Shown: positions 39,332 through 50,091, numbered from the stretch's first letter. The stretch is 64,000 nt of DNA from Candidatus Cloacimonadales bacterium (GCA_963662655.2 CAXXTU010000002.1:1728001-1792000), one strand, 5' to 3'. A program made the numbers and translations. Notes: a model not told the origin generated them from the sequence alone.

Positions 39332-39746
39332 GATTCTCCTCGTGATGATCCTTATCCTTGCACAGCTCCAAGAGGACGCCGTTGGTCGATTTCGGATGCA
39401 GGAAAGCTATGTCTGCTCCATGGGCTCCAGGACGCGGCACTTTATCGATCAGTTGCAAGCCCTTCTTCTCGGCTTCTTCAAGCTCCTTGGGAAGGTCGTC
39501 CACCGACAATGCCAGATGCTGGATTCCTTCGCCTCGTTTCTCGATGTACTTGGCGATGGGGCTGTCCTCCGAGGTGGCCGAGAGCAGTTCGATGCGAACG
39601 TCTCCCACGGTAATGAAAGCGACCTTCACCTTCTGAGATTCAACAACCTCGGTGCTATCCACTTTCAAGCCCATCTTCTCGTAGAATTTTGCAGCCTCGT
39701 CCAGATCCTTTACCGCGATTCCGATATGACTGATTTTCTTTATCAT
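39318..39746 (-). CDS. mce: Methylmalonyl-CoA epimerase
   Basis: [34 protein letters not shown]. Confidence 0.93.
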   Translation of the reverse strand: MIKKISHIGIAVKDLDEAAKFYEKMGLKVDSTEVVESQKVKVAFITVGDVRIELLSATSEDSPIAKYIEKRGEGIQHLALSVDDLPKELEEAEKKGLQLIDKVPRPGAHGADIAFLHPKSTNGVLLELCKDKDHHEENHGNE

Positions 39747-39758
39747 TGTATTTCTCTA

Positions 39759-40316
39759 TTATTCGTTGTCCGCTAATTCAAAGCCGATCTTCATCGCTTT
39801 GAGATTGATATCAACATAAGCCGGTTTCACGCTCTCGCGGATGCCCTTTTCCAGCGATTCGGCCGTGACGATTCCCGTCTTTCTCACCAGGAACGAAAGC
39901 GACAGAATGTTGGTTGAAAGCGGAGAACCGAGTTTCTCGATGGCGATTTCCGTGAACGGCAATTCATAGGATGAGGAATTGAGCAGCGAGATGTTCTTGA
40001 CGTATGTCGTATCCGCGATCAGGATTCCGTCATCCTTCAGGTCGAAGAGATACTTATCGCAGGCTTCCTGGGTGAGCGCCATGAGGATATCGAAATTGGT
40101 CGCTTCCGGGTAGAAAACCTCTTCGTTGCTGATGATCACGTCGGCACGGCTTGCACCGCCGCGAGATTCCGGTCCGTAGCTCTGGGTCTGCGTAACGCGA
40201 TATTTCTCGTACATGGCTGCCTTGGCAAGAATGATGCCGGCAAGGATGAGTCCCTGGCCGCCGCTTCCGCTCAGGCGAACTTCGCTACGAAAATATTCTT
40301 CTTTCTTACTTTTCAT
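39759..40316 (-). CDS. 2-oxoacid:ferredoxin oxidoreductase gamma subunit
   Basis: SGSGGQG, QSYGPESRGGAS. Confidence 0.92.
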   Translation of the reverse strand: MKSKKEEYFRSEVRLSGSGGQGLILAGIILAKAAMYEKYRVTQTQSYGPESRGGASRADVIISNEEVFYPEATNFDILMALTQEACDKYLFDLKDDGILIADTTYVKNISLLNSSSYELPFTEIAIEKLGSPLSTNILSLSFLVRKTGIVTAESLEKGIRESVKPAYVDINLKAMKIGFELADNE

Positions 40317-41154
40317 CTTTAGCCTCCTTGCCAGTAAGGTTGGCGATGAGGTTTGCGTATCTTTGCGTATATTCGAGTGATTCTCTTTGTCTCAGGATGC
40401 CGCGGATGATCTTCCCGTCTCTTTCTTCTTCGGGGATTTTCTCGGCGGCCTTCATGGTGATCGAATTCTCCTGCAGATACTTCAGCATCTGGGGGGCGCT
40501 TCCCTTCTTGTTCAGCCGTCCGAAGATGACCGGGCAGGTGCTGGCGATCTCGACCAGCGAGAATCCCTTGTGCTGGATCGCCTTTTTGAGGAAGTCCTGG
40601 GTCTCGTTCGTGTGGAACGCGGTGGTGCGTGCAACGAATGACGCGCCGGCTCCCATCGCGAGTTCGCAGATATCGAAGTTGGGATCGATATTGCCGTAAG
40701 GGGTTGTCGTCGAGATGCTCTCTTCCGGTGTCGTCGGAGAGTACTGACCGCCGGTCATACCGTAGATGTTGTTGTTTATCAGGATCACGGTGATGTCGAT
40801 GTTTCTGCGTGCGGCGTGGATAAAATGGTTTCCACCGATCGCCGTCGCGTCCCCGTCACCGGTTACAACGATCACGTGAAGCTCCGGACGGAACATCTTG
40901 ATACCGGTCGCGTAAGCGATTGCGCGGCCGTGTACCGAGTGAAGCGTATTGAAATCAACATAGACCGGCATACGGCTCGAACAGCCGATTCCGGATACCA
41001 TTACGATATCGTCGCGATCGAGGCCAAGCTCGGATGTCGCGCGGATGATGTCGCCAAGGACGATGCCGTTACTGCAACCCGAGCACCAGACATGCGGAAA
41101 CTTCTTGTTATGTCTGAGATAGCTGTGAATGGTTTTTTGCGGTATGGCTGCCAT
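40306..41154 (-). CDS. 2-oxoacid:ferredoxin oxidoreductase beta subunit (TPP-binding)
   Basis: WCSGC, SGIGCS, HGRA, GDGD...IGGNH, YGMTGGQYSPT. Confidence 0.93.
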   Translation of the reverse strand: MAAIPQKTIHSYLRHNKKFPHVWCSGCSNGIVLGDIIRATSELGLDRDDIVMVSGIGCSSRMPVYVDFNTLHSVHGRAIAYATGIKMFRPELHVIVVTGDGDATAIGGNHFIHAARRNIDITVILINNNIYGMTGGQYSPTTPEESISTTTPYGNIDPNFDICELAMGAGASFVARTTAFHTNETQDFLKKAIQHKGFSLVEIASTCPVIFGRLNKKGSAPQMLKYLQENSITMKAAEKIPEEERDGKIIRGILRQRESLEYTQRYANLIANLTGKEAKDEK

Positions 41155-42350
41155 TAGAACACCTCCTTGATCTTACTGAGGATTCGACGTGGTGGGATCA
41201 TTTCTCCATCGAAGCGCTGCATCGGGATAATCGCGCTGTCGCTCTTCTCTTTCGCAAGGCGCTCGATTTCGTGAATAAACTGTCCCTGGTTGAGCTCGGG
41301 AACGATGACGGTTTCAACGTTCTTGAGCATCTTGCGCACTGCGTCGTCCGGGAACGGCCAGATTGTCAATGGGCGAAGCAGACCGACCTTAAGTCCCTCT
41401 GCGCGCGCCATATTGACCGCGGCTTTTGCCGAACGGGCAACGATACCGGCGGCGAAGACCGCCACTTTCGCGTCGTCCATCATATAGCTTTCGATCTGAA
41501 CGAGGTCGCGGATATTGCGCGTGATTTTCTTCTTCAGACGATTCATCATGTCGTCGACTTCTGTCGGACGGTTGGTCGGGAATCCCTGCTGATCGTGCGC
41601 AAGGCCCGTCACGTGGAAGCGATATCCTTCACCGAAGCTCGCGAGCGGTGAGAGGTACTTCTGGTTTTCGTCGTAGTGTTTGTACCACTCCGGCGGAACG
41701 GTTGGCTTGATGCGGTTGATGATGCGATAGCGATTCACATCGGGAAGCTTCACGGCTTCGCGAAGATGGGCTATCACCTCGTCCAGAAGCAGCACGACGC
41801 AGGTGCGGTACTTCTCGGAAAGGTTGAACGCGCGGATCGACAATTCGTAGATTTCCTTCACCGAATCCGGGTAGAGTACGATCGCGGGAGCATCACCGTG
41901 CGAGCCCCAGCGGGACTGCATGATATCGCCCTGAGAAGGACGGGTCGGCAGGCCGGTGCTTGGGCCTCCGCGCTGTACATTGATAACCACGCACGGCGTT
42001 TCGGTGATCTTCGCGAACCCGATACTCTCCTGCATAAGAGAAAAGCCCGGACCGCTCGTTGCTGTCAAGGCTTTGGCTCCCGCAAGCGATGCGCCGATCA
42101 CAGCGCCGATGCTGGCAATCTCGTCTTCCATCTGGATGAACTTGTGACCACGCTTGGGAAGCTCACGGGAAAGAATCTCCGCGACTTCGGTTGAAGGTGT
42201 AATCGGGTAACCAGCGAAGAAATTGACTCCGGCGGCCAGCGCGCCGAACGCTGCGGCCTCGTTACCCTGCATCAGAACGTACTTCTCTTCTGCTTCCGGT
42301 TTATCTATGGTTTCCTTCATTTCCTTGTTGGTTTTGACTGTTTTTGGCAT
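41154..42350 (-). CDS. 2-oxoacid:ferredoxin oxidoreductase alpha subunit
   Basis: AGYPITPSTE, QMEDE, TATSGPGFSLM, QRGGPSTG. Confidence 0.93.
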   Translation of the reverse strand: MPKTVKTNKEMKETIDKPEAEEKYVLMQGNEAAAFGALAAGVNFFAGYPITPSTEVAEILSRELPKRGHKFIQMEDEIASIGAVIGASLAGAKALTATSGPGFSLMQESIGFAKITETPCVVINVQRGGPSTGLPTRPSQGDIMQSRWGSHGDAPAIVLYPDSVKEIYELSIRAFNLSEKYRTCVVLLLDEVIAHLREAVKLPDVNRYRIINRIKPTVPPEWYKHYDENQKYLSPLASFGEGYRFHVTGLAHDQQGFPTNRPTEVDDMMNRLKKKITRNIRDLVQIESYMMDDAKVAVFAAGIVARSAKAAVNMARAEGLKVGLLRPLTIWPFPDDAVRKMLKNVETVIVPELNQGQFIHEIERLAKEKSDSAIIPMQRFDGEMIPPRRILSKIKEVF

Positions 42351-42362
42351 GCTCTCCTCCTA

Positions 42363-42662
42363 TCAACGCTTTGCGCCCGTTATAGCAAAATCAGGGCAAA
42401 GCCGATCGCAAGTACCACAATGAATGCATTTTTCCGGTTTCTCCACGTAGGGAGCGCCATCCGGTTTCCGACTCAATACTCCGGTGGGACAGAAAGCAAC
42501 ACAAATGCCGCAACGCTTGCACCATTCGTAGTAAATATAAACAGGCGACTTACGATAGTCGCCAGCTGTATTCACCTCTGTTACTTCAACTTCCATCTTT
42601 TCAGGAGAGTCTTCCTCCAGGATGATCGTTCCTTCGCGATGTTTCTCCAGTTTTTCTTTCAT
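42363..42662 (-). CDS. 2x[4Fe-4S] ferredoxin-like delta subunit
   Basis: CKRCGICVAFCP and CIHCGTCDRLCPDFAI. Confidence 0.92.
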   Translation of the reverse strand: MKEKLEKHREGTIILEEDSPEKMEVEVTEVNTAGDYRKSPVYIYYEWCKRCGICVAFCPTGVLSRKPDGAPYVEKPEKCIHCGTCDRLCPDFAITGAKR

Positions 42663-42901
42663 CTGAAGCTCCTCCGCCTTAGAATTGTGCCAAACCTAGG
42701 AGGCTTACTTTTTTGTACAAGATATTTCTGAAAAAAGTATTTCGCCATTTTTGCAGGTAAATGAAAGCGACTCAATAATGTAGATTCGCAATTACCCGCA
42801 GTACCTATTATATGGGCAATCCTGGGAAATGAAACCGGTTCATTTTCAAGCGATAAATGATTGTTAACGGCCATGAGAAAACTTTATATCATAGTCCATG
42901 A

Positions 42902-43056
42902 GTCGTGAGGAGATTCGTTTGATATCACGCGAAAACGTGGTGTTACACATCGAAAAGCGGATTGCAAATCAAAATGAATACAACGATTATCGAGTGTCCG
43001 CTTGAAGATGTGTTATATCCACGTTGGAGCGGGATATCGGGCGAAGATTCCACGAC
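42902..43056 (+). repeat. Dispersed hairpin element copy E
   Basis: gtcgtg-A-gga-GA-ttcgtttgat...gg-tgtta-cacatc...gatgtg-ttatat-cc...atcgggcgaa-GA-ttc-cacgac. Confidence 0.85.
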
Positions 43057-43083
43057 GGTAATCGATCCCGATACGAAGAATAG

Positions 43084-44376
43084 CTACTTCTCTTCCTTGC
43101 TCAGTACCTTGCCGTAGAGGAAATATCCGCTGAGGATTGTCGAGAAGGAGATTGCGGAAACGGTGGCGATGGATGCACCGATGATTCCCATCGTCTTGAT
43201 CAGCCAGATATCCAGCAGAACATGTAGAACCGTCGTCGCGATCCCCACGATCAGGTTGAACTTGATCTTGAGCTGGCTGGCGATCGTGTTCCCGAAAGGA
43301 ATCCGGAACGTTCCGCTGATCAGGTACCCGAATGACAGAACCCGGAACGGGGGAACCGCATCGATGTACTGTTTCCCGAACAGAATCGTGATGATATAAG
43401 GCGCAAACGCGACGAGGAACGCGAATATCGCGAGGTTCAATACGCCCAGATACAACTGGAGCTTATTGAGCAATTGCCGCAGGCTGCTATCCTGCTTCCG
43501 CACAAGATACGGAAAAACGAATGTAATCATGGATTTCGGAATGAAGCTGAGCGCAAAGGGAATCACGGTCGCAACTTTATACGTCGCCACGGAATCGGCG
43601 GAAGTAATGAGAAGCCCCACGAGGAAGGTATCGACCATGTACAGAACCTGCGAAACGCTGTTCGTCAGCATCGCGATCGCAGAGTAATTGAGAAATGTCT
43701 TTTTCTCGTCCTTCCCCACAACGACAGCGCCGGGATCGATCCTCAGCTCTTTACGTATGATGACAAGTATGATCGTCGCAGAAACAATGAACGGGAAATA
43801 CCCGAACAACGCGACACCGTCAACCGAGAAAAGCCACGCGCCCGTCAACGCGAAAATTAGCATCATTGCCGAGTTTATAACATTTGCGTAGGCAAACGCG
43901 CGATTCCAGAGCAAGCTCCTGAGGTACTGCATTCCAGCCTGGAACATGTGGAAACACAGGGGCATGAATGCCATGATCCGCAGGATGCGCGTCGAGCCGA
44001 CCACGGACAGATCGATGAAGTGCGTCAGAACGAGAATCCCGAACCCGAGCACAAGCCCGAAGAGAATCTCGATCTTGATACCGAAGCGGAAAAAGGACGC
44101 CCTCTTGCTCGACACGTCCGCACGCGTACAGAATTGCATAATGCCGGATTCGATGCCGAGTCCGCCGATGATGAAAAGCATGTTGATGATATTCTTCGCG
44201 TAGGAGAATTGCCCGAATTCGTCTTTCGTGAGCACACGAACCAGAAAGAACGACACCGAGAACGCGATGATGTTCTGCAGTACGTTCGCGCCAACGATAT
44301 GAAACAATCCCTTCCTGGTTGATTTAACGAAATCGCCCTTGAGCTTCTTCACGTATTTCGATTCCCCCGCGATCAT
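43084..44376 (-). CDS. Oligosaccharide flippase (Wzx/MOP family)
   Basis: About 12 TM helices; VRVLTKDEFGQFSY, DTFLVG, GIIGASIAT. Confidence 0.85.
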   Translation of the reverse strand: MIAGESKYVKKLKGDFVKSTRKGLFHIVGANVLQNIIAFSVSFFLVRVLTKDEFGQFSYAKNIINMLFIIGGLGIESGIMQFCTRADVSSKRASFFRFGIKIEILFGLVLGFGILVLTHFIDLSVVGSTRILRIMAFMPLCFHMFQAGMQYLRSLLWNRAFAYANVINSAMMLIFALTGAWLFSVDGVALFGYFPFIVSATIILVIIRKELRIDPGAVVVGKDEKKTFLNYSAIAMLTNSVSQVLYMVDTFLVGLLITSADSVATYKVATVIPFALSFIPKSMITFVFPYLVRKQDSSLRQLLNKLQLYLGVLNLAIFAFLVAFAPYIITILFGKQYIDAVPPFRVLSFGYLISGTFRIPFGNTIASQLKIKFNLIVGIATTVLHVLLDIWLIKTMGIIGASIATVSAISFSTILSGYFLYGKVLSKEEK

Positions 44377-44494
44377 TTTCTTTAACGCTCATACAGGCGG
44401 AAACAGGATTTTCGGTCAAGGGAATGTTTTCTCAATCCACGCTCCACTAGCCTGAATTGACCGGACCAAGGAGAAATTAGTATCGTTACCGTGG

Positions 44495-45565
44495 CTAATC
44501 AGCATAGCTTAAGCCATAAAGAAATCCTGAGGCGGTCATACCTGTACCGTTAACGTAATTGTAATTGTCTACATAGAACCATCCGGTGACGTTGTGCTCC
44601 GTCCTGACCTTACACCACCTTACATCGTCGGTTGCGATAATTTCAAGTACCGTGAGCGGCTTGATGATTTTTGATGGGCTTTCCGTATCCCGATCCCGAA
44701 AGATCGTTAGTGGGCTTTTCAGATATAAGGTGACATTTGTGCTGTAAACATTGTTCTCGATGGTCTTCAGATGATGGTTTTCATCCAATATGTATAGTTT
44801 TTCGAAAATCCATGTTTGGAGAAAACTTCCTCTTGTGACAATTCGCAAATTCCTGTGTCCGTCAAAGCCAATCCCATCATTGTACAAGCTGTAGGTTTCA
44901 CCTATGATTTCAACGTTGTTATCTCGATATATGAAGAAGTCCGAGCTCGGATCATCGCTCGGGCCGAGTGCGCTGACGACAACTTCCTTTATCCCGTCGT
45001 TAACATCGATATCTACGATGGCGAAGGAATCGACCAGACATTCCGCGTGTCCATGATACGTCGAGCCATTGATCGTGAGTTCGTATTTAAATCGATTGAT
45101 TGTGTACCGGATCGTATCTTGCTTACCGTCGTCGTTCAAATCATAAAGGACATCTTCGTCACGATGAAACGTTGGTGGATGATGCTCGAGACGGTAATAT
45201 TTCCTTATCTTGGTCAGGCAACGCTCATAATACCTGAACAATCCGATATTGTATTCCTCGTATCGATTGAGGTTCGTCGAATCCCTGCTTATCGGCGTGT
45301 ACCACGGTTTGCTTCTGAAATATTCGTCCCACTGCTCCGACTCGAAGATAAAGCCCTTTCGAGCGTAAATCTCGTTTCTTGCGATTGAAAAAGTTTCCAG
45401 TGTTGGCTGTCTGCAGCCCAGACTGTAAAAATCATTCGAGACCAGTTCTCTTAAGTGGCTTTCCGGGAAAATGAAATCCCTGTATGTGAGACTCTCCGGT
45501 TCCTTGAAGGAAAAAAGAATACTTGCGCACAGGAATAGTAGTGCAAAGATTAAATGTTTGTTCAT
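44495..45565 (-). CDS. Secreted YARHG-domain protein, possible C-terminal SH3-like domain
   Basis: IARNEIYARKGFIF....YF..KPWY; WCKV......GW. Confidence 0.82.
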   Translation of the reverse strand: MNKHLIFALLFLCASILFSFKEPESLTYRDFIFPESHLRELVSNDFYSLGCRQPTLETFSIARNEIYARKGFIFESEQWDEYFRSKPWYTPISRDSTNLNRYEEYNIGLFRYYERCLTKIRKYYRLEHHPPTFHRDEDVLYDLNDDGKQDTIRYTINRFKYELTINGSTYHGHAECLVDSFAIVDIDVNDGIKEVVVSALGPSDDPSSDFFIYRDNNVEIIGETYSLYNDGIGFDGHRNLRIVTRGSFLQTWIFEKLYILDENHHLKTIENNVYSTNVTLYLKSPLTIFRDRDTESPSKIIKPLTVLEIIATDDVRWCKVRTEHNVTGWFYVDNYNYVNGTGMTASGFLYGLSYAD

Positions 45566-45659
45566 GACAACACCTCCTTCACCTCTTCAATCCGTAAACA
45601 ATCCTACAGAAATGAACCTGCGTTGTCGAGATAATTCCCCAGAGTACGTTGTGGAAGAA

Positions 45660-45693
45660 AAAGAAAAGGACCACCGTGACGGTAGTCCTTTCT
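45660..45693 (-). terminator. Intrinsic terminator after buk
   Basis: aaaa-gaaaaggac-c-accg-tga-cggt-a-gtccttttc. Confidence 0.7.
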
Positions 45694-45711
45694 ATAAGAA
45701 ATCTATCCGAA

Positions 45712-46791
45712 TCAGCCTTTGTATTCTTTGGCTTCTTCTTTGCCTTTGAGAACCAGAACACCGCCTTCGGAGAGGGCTTCCATCTCTTTTTCACCCGGGT
45801 AGGTGTGAACGGGAGCGATGAACTGAACGTACTTGCTGATTTCCTTCACGATGTACGGATCGTAGACGAGTCCGCCGGTGAGGAATATCGCGTCGACTTT
45901 GCCTTCGAGCGCTGCTGCGTATCCGCCGATTTCCTTCGCGATCTGATAGCACATTGCGTCCAGAACCTGCTTGGCTTTGGTGTCGCCGGCCTTGATGCGG
46001 TTTTCGATCTCGATTCCGCTATCGGTTCCGAGGTAAGCGATGAGTCCCGCAGTCTTGCAAAGCTTGTTTGCGAGCTCTTTCTGTGTGTATTTTCCGCTGT
46101 AAGCGAGGTCGAGAAGGTCACCGATCGGCAATGCACCCGCACGCTGCGGCGAGAACGGTCCCATTCCCAGAAGCGCGTTGTTCACATCCACGACCTTGCC
46201 TTTTTTGATCGCGCCAACGGTGATTCCGCCGCCCATGTGAACGGCGATCATGTTCATCTCGTTGAATTCGCGTTTGACGTCCTTCGCGAGATGACGCGCG
46301 GTATAACGGATGTTCAGCGCGTGGAACAGCGATTTGCGCTCGATCTCCGGAACACCGGAGATGCGGGAAATGTCTTCAAACTCGTCAACGGTTACCGGAT
46401 CGACGATAAACGCGGGGATGTTCAGCTCTTTGCTGATTGAGTTCGCGATGAACGCGCCGAGGTTGGAAGCATGGATGCGTCCCCAGATGCTCGGATCCTT
46501 CAGATCCGCCATCATCTTTTCGCTGACCTTGTACGTTCCGCCGGGAACGGAGCGAACCAGTCCGCCGCGACCCACAACCGCTTCGAGCGTTGCCGGATCG
46601 ACGTCGTTTTCTTTAAGGGCTTCCATCACCAGGTTTTTGCGGAATTCGTACTGATCCAGAATTCCACCGATCTTGTCGAGCTCCGCGGGATCGTGGCGAA
46701 GCACTTTTACGAAAACTTTCTGGTCGTCGTCAAAGACGGCAATCTTGGTTGAAGTTGAACCGGGATTAATGGCTAAAACACGGTAATTCAT
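45712..46791 (-). CDS. buk: Butyrate kinase
   Basis: INPGSTSTKIA, VGRGG, HASNLG, FHALN, HMGGGI, PGEKEM. Confidence 0.95.
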   Translation of the reverse strand: MNYRVLAINPGSTSTKIAVFDDDQKVFVKVLRHDPAELDKIGGILDQYEFRKNLVMEALKENDVDPATLEAVVGRGGLVRSVPGGTYKVSEKMMADLKDPSIWGRIHASNLGAFIANSISKELNIPAFIVDPVTVDEFEDISRISGVPEIERKSLFHALNIRYTARHLAKDVKREFNEMNMIAVHMGGGITVGAIKKGKVVDVNNALLGMGPFSPQRAGALPIGDLLDLAYSGKYTQKELANKLCKTAGLIAYLGTDSGIEIENRIKAGDTKAKQVLDAMCYQIAKEIGGYAAALEGKVDAIFLTGGLVYDPYIVKEISKYVQFIAPVHTYPGEKEMEALSEGGVLVLKGKEEAKEYKG

Positions 46792-46872
46792 TCATCCTCC
46801 ATAGTTTTGAATCTATCTTTTTTCTTCGTAACACGAAACTTGTGGGCCATTTCCTTTGTTTAGCCCGATTGG

Positions 46873-47982
46873 TCAAATCATTTTTTTTAACGCCATCTTC
46901 ATCATCACTTCAATACCTGTCTCGATGGAGCTTTCGTCCGGCAGGAAACGATCGGAATGCAAGTCGCCTGCTGCTTCTCCAGCGCCCAGCCAGAAGAGCA
47001 GGCCGTCGTATCTCGTCGTGAAGAATCCGAAATCCTCGCCCGTCATGGTAACTGCCGCTCCCTCGTGTTGAACACCCTCGGGAAGCTGCTCCAGAAATTC
47101 ACGGTAGAGTCGTCCGGAATTGACAACCGGGTCATACGTGCTGTGCAAAACAACCTCGTACTCGACATCGTGCATTTCCGCCGTGCTCTTCGCAACGCGC
47201 TCCATCAGGTCGTTGATTTCCTTCCAGTTCTCGCGGGAAAGGCTTCTCGTCGTTCCCTTCATCACGCATTCCCTCGGGACGGCGTTGCGTACGTCTCCGG
47301 CGTTCATGGTTCCCACGTAGAACACAACCGATTCGGTCGCCGGAAATCGCTCCAGCATCATCCTGGACATCGCCTGATAGAAGGTCACTCCCGCCGCAAG
47401 CGCGTCTCTTCCCGTCTGAGGGAAAGCGACATGCGCCGATTCGCCCCTGAATATCACGTCGAACTCCTGCGGGATTCCGAAGAAGATTCCCTCCCGGGTG
47501 GAGACCGTGTTGACCGGCAATCCGCCCTTCACATGCAGCGCGTAGGCTTCGGCGATCTCGAACCTGTCCAGCAATCCCGTTTTCAGGATGCGCTCCGCCC
47601 CACCAAGTCCTTCCTCGGCAGGCTGGAACAGAAAAAGATAATTCCGATCCGGCTTTTCTTTCATCAGACGATCGATCAGTCCGAGCAGAACGGTCATGTG
47701 GATATCGTGGCCGCACGCATGCATCTTCCCCATATGGGTCGAAGCAAATTCGCATCCGGTTTTCTCGGCGATGGGCAGCGCATCCATATCCGACCGGAAA
47801 AGTTTGTAGGACTTTTCGTTGCGAGTATACTCCGCTACAATACCGGGGAAATCGAACGTGTGAATCGTCAATTCCATGTGCTGCTTAAGGATATCGAGAA
47901 TGTAATCCTGGGTATTCCACTCGTCGAATCCCAGCTCGGGAATGCGATGCAAGTCTTTGCGGATTTCAGTGAGGCCTTTCAT
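46873..47982 (-). CDS. M20 amidohydrolase (N-acetyl-diaminopimelate deacetylase-like)
   Basis: LHRIPELGFDE, RSDMDALP, MHACGHD, FQPAEEG, GEDF. Confidence 0.9.
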   Translation of the reverse strand: MKGLTEIRKDLHRIPELGFDEWNTQDYILDILKQHMELTIHTFDFPGIVAEYTRNEKSYKLFRSDMDALPIAEKTGCEFASTHMGKMHACGHDIHMTVLLGLIDRLMKEKPDRNYLFLFQPAEEGLGGAERILKTGLLDRFEIAEAYALHVKGGLPVNTVSTREGIFFGIPQEFDVIFRGESAHVAFPQTGRDALAAGVTFYQAMSRMMLERFPATESVVFYVGTMNAGDVRNAVPRECVMKGTTRSLSRENWKEINDLMERVAKSTAEMHDVEYEVVLHSTYDPVVNSGRLYREFLEQLPEGVQHEGAAVTMTGEDFGFFTTRYDGLLFWLGAGEAAGDLHSDRFLPDESSIETGIEVMMKMALKKMI

Positions 47983-48065
47983 AATCTTTCCTGTCGTAGT
48001 GTTATAATAAAACGAAAGCTGCCTCGCGACAGCTTTTCAAAGGATTTATCGTTATCTCATATCGA

Positions 48066-49718
48066 TTACATTTTTTCGGGAGCGGAGATGCCCATCAGAT
48101 CGAGGCCAAGGAACAGCACCGTACGCACGGCGGTGATCAGATACAGCCTTGCCTGCGAAAGCTCCAGGGATTTCGCGTTGACGATGGTGTATTTCTGGTA
48201 GTACTTGTGGAACATTCCCGCAAGCTCCATCACGAAATCCGCCAGGCGGTGCGGCTCTCTCGTTTCGGAAATGGAGATGAGGATGTTGGAGAATTCCAGC
48301 ATCTTCTTGATCATCAGGATTTCATCCTGTTTGTCCAGCCTGCGCAGGCTTTTCGGATCGAAATTCTTGAGCGTGACCTTCTCCTTCTTCGCCTTCTTGA
48401 TGATGCTGCAAATACGCGCATGCGCATACTGGCAGTAATATACCGGATTCTCGCTGGACTGCTTTTTCGCCAGCTCCATGTCGAAGTTAAGGTGTGCGCT
48501 CGGACGGCGATTGATGAAGAAGAACCGTGCCGCGTCCTTGCCCACCTCGTCGATCAGGTCGTCCATCGTGATAATGCGTCCCTCTCGCTTGGACATCTTC
48601 ACGCGCTCGCCCTCCAAGAAAAGATTCACCTGTTGCAGGAACACGACTTCGAGCTTGCTCTCGTCGTATTCCAGCGCGTTGATCGCCGCTTTGAGGCGGG
48701 GAACGTAGCCGTGGTGATCCGGACCCAGAACGTCGATCATCACGTCGAAGCCGCGCTGGTACTTGGTGAGGTGATATGCCACATCCGGCACGATGTATGT
48801 GATGCTGCCGTCGCTCTTCATGAGAACGCGGTCCTTTTCATCGCCAAACTTGCTGGACGCGAACCAGACAGCCTCGTCCATCTCGTAGGTGCAATTGGCT
48901 TCCGCCAGGAAGCTGAGGACTTCCTCGACAACGCCCTGAGCCCTGAGATTCTTCTCTGAAACCCAGCTATCGAACTCCACGCCGAAGCGCTCGAGACTGT
49001 TGATCTGCATTTCGTGTATCTCTTGCAGCGCGAACTCTTTCATCTTCTGCAACCTGTCCCGCTCGGAGACATGCAGAAGCTTGGTTCCTTCAATCGCGTT
49101 CAGGTGCGCGGCGATCTCTTTGATGTACTCGCCGTGATAGGCTTCCACGGGGAACTCGCCGATGTTCTCGTTGTGCAGTTCGCGATAGCGCAGCTCCACC
49201 GACTCGGCCAGAATGTCCACCTGGTTGCCGGCGTCGTTGTTGTAATACTCGCGAACGGGCTGGTAACCGGTGTATTTCATCACGCGGTAAAGGGTATCGC
49301 CATACGCTGCGGCGCGAGCGCTCACAACGTTGAGCGGGCCGGTCGGGTTGGCGCTGATGAACTCGATGAGAATCTTTGTACCGTTGCCATGATCGACCTT
49401 GCCGTAAGTCTCGGGATTCTCGACGATATTGACCAGCTCGTTCTGGAATACCGTATTGGAGAGCTTGAAGTTGATGAAGCCCGGGCCAGCGACATCGACG
49501 GAACCGTAGTAGCGTTTCTTCTTGAGGACTTCCGCTATCTTTTCCGCCATCTCACGCGGTTTCATCTTGTTCAGCTTGGTGCTGACCATCGCAACGTTGC
49601 TCGAGTAGTCTCCGAAATCCACATGAGACGGAATCTCGATGTTGAAATCAGGATTCACCTTGAGTTCGAGTGACTCCATGGCTGCTTGAATATCTTTGCT
49701 GATTTTATCCTTGATCAT
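48066..49718 (-). CDS. argS: Arginine--tRNA ligase
   Basis: FGDYSSN, AGPGFINF, EFISANPTGPL, GPDHHGY, KMSKR, YCQYAHAR, GISAPEKM. Confidence 0.97.
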   Translation of the reverse strand: MIKDKISKDIQAAMESLELKVNPDFNIEIPSHVDFGDYSSNVAMVSTKLNKMKPREMAEKIAEVLKKKRYYGSVDVAGPGFINFKLSNTVFQNELVNIVENPETYGKVDHGNGTKILIEFISANPTGPLNVVSARAAAYGDTLYRVMKYTGYQPVREYYNNDAGNQVDILAESVELRYRELHNENIGEFPVEAYHGEYIKEIAAHLNAIEGTKLLHVSERDRLQKMKEFALQEIHEMQINSLERFGVEFDSWVSEKNLRAQGVVEEVLSFLAEANCTYEMDEAVWFASSKFGDEKDRVLMKSDGSITYIVPDVAYHLTKYQRGFDVMIDVLGPDHHGYVPRLKAAINALEYDESKLEVVFLQQVNLFLEGERVKMSKREGRIITMDDLIDEVGKDAARFFFINRRPSAHLNFDMELAKKQSSENPVYYCQYAHARICSIIKKAKKEKVTLKNFDPKSLRRLDKQDEILMIKKMLEFSNILISISETREPHRLADFVMELAGMFHKYYQKYTIVNAKSLELSQARLYLITAVRTVLFLGLDLMGISAPEKM

Positions 49719-50076
49719 ACTTGGTCTCTATCTTTTTTATTTCAGCGGATTGTTTCTTCCAGATGTCCTCAATATCGTAGTAATTACGGGTTTCCTCACG
49801 GAAAATATGCAGGATCACCATTCCAAAATCGACCAGCACCCAACTGAGGCCTTCCATTCCTTCCTTGCCGAGCAGCTGGTACGGCTTGCCCTTCGTCTCG
49901 TGGGTCACATGATCGTAAATGGCACGCACGTGAAGATCGCTGCTGCCAGTGCAGATCAGCAGGTAATCCGTGTAACCGGATTTTTCGCTCACATCGATCT
50001 GCTCGATGTTTTCCGCTTTCTTTTCCTGAATGGTTTCAGTGAGGAAATCAAGTAATTCTTTTGCTGTATAGTCCAT
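49705..50076 (-). CDS. rsfS: Ribosome silencing factor
   Basis: EKKAENI, WVLVDFG.VILHIF....R.YYDIE.IW. Confidence 0.93.
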   Translation of the reverse strand: MDYTAKELLDFLTETIQEKKAENIEQIDVSEKSGYTDYLLICTGSSDLHVRAIYDHVTHETKGKPYQLLGKEGMEGLSWVLVDFGMVILHIFREETRNYYDIEDIWKKQSAEIKKIETKYDQG

Positions 50077-50091
50077 AAAACCCCTATTACG

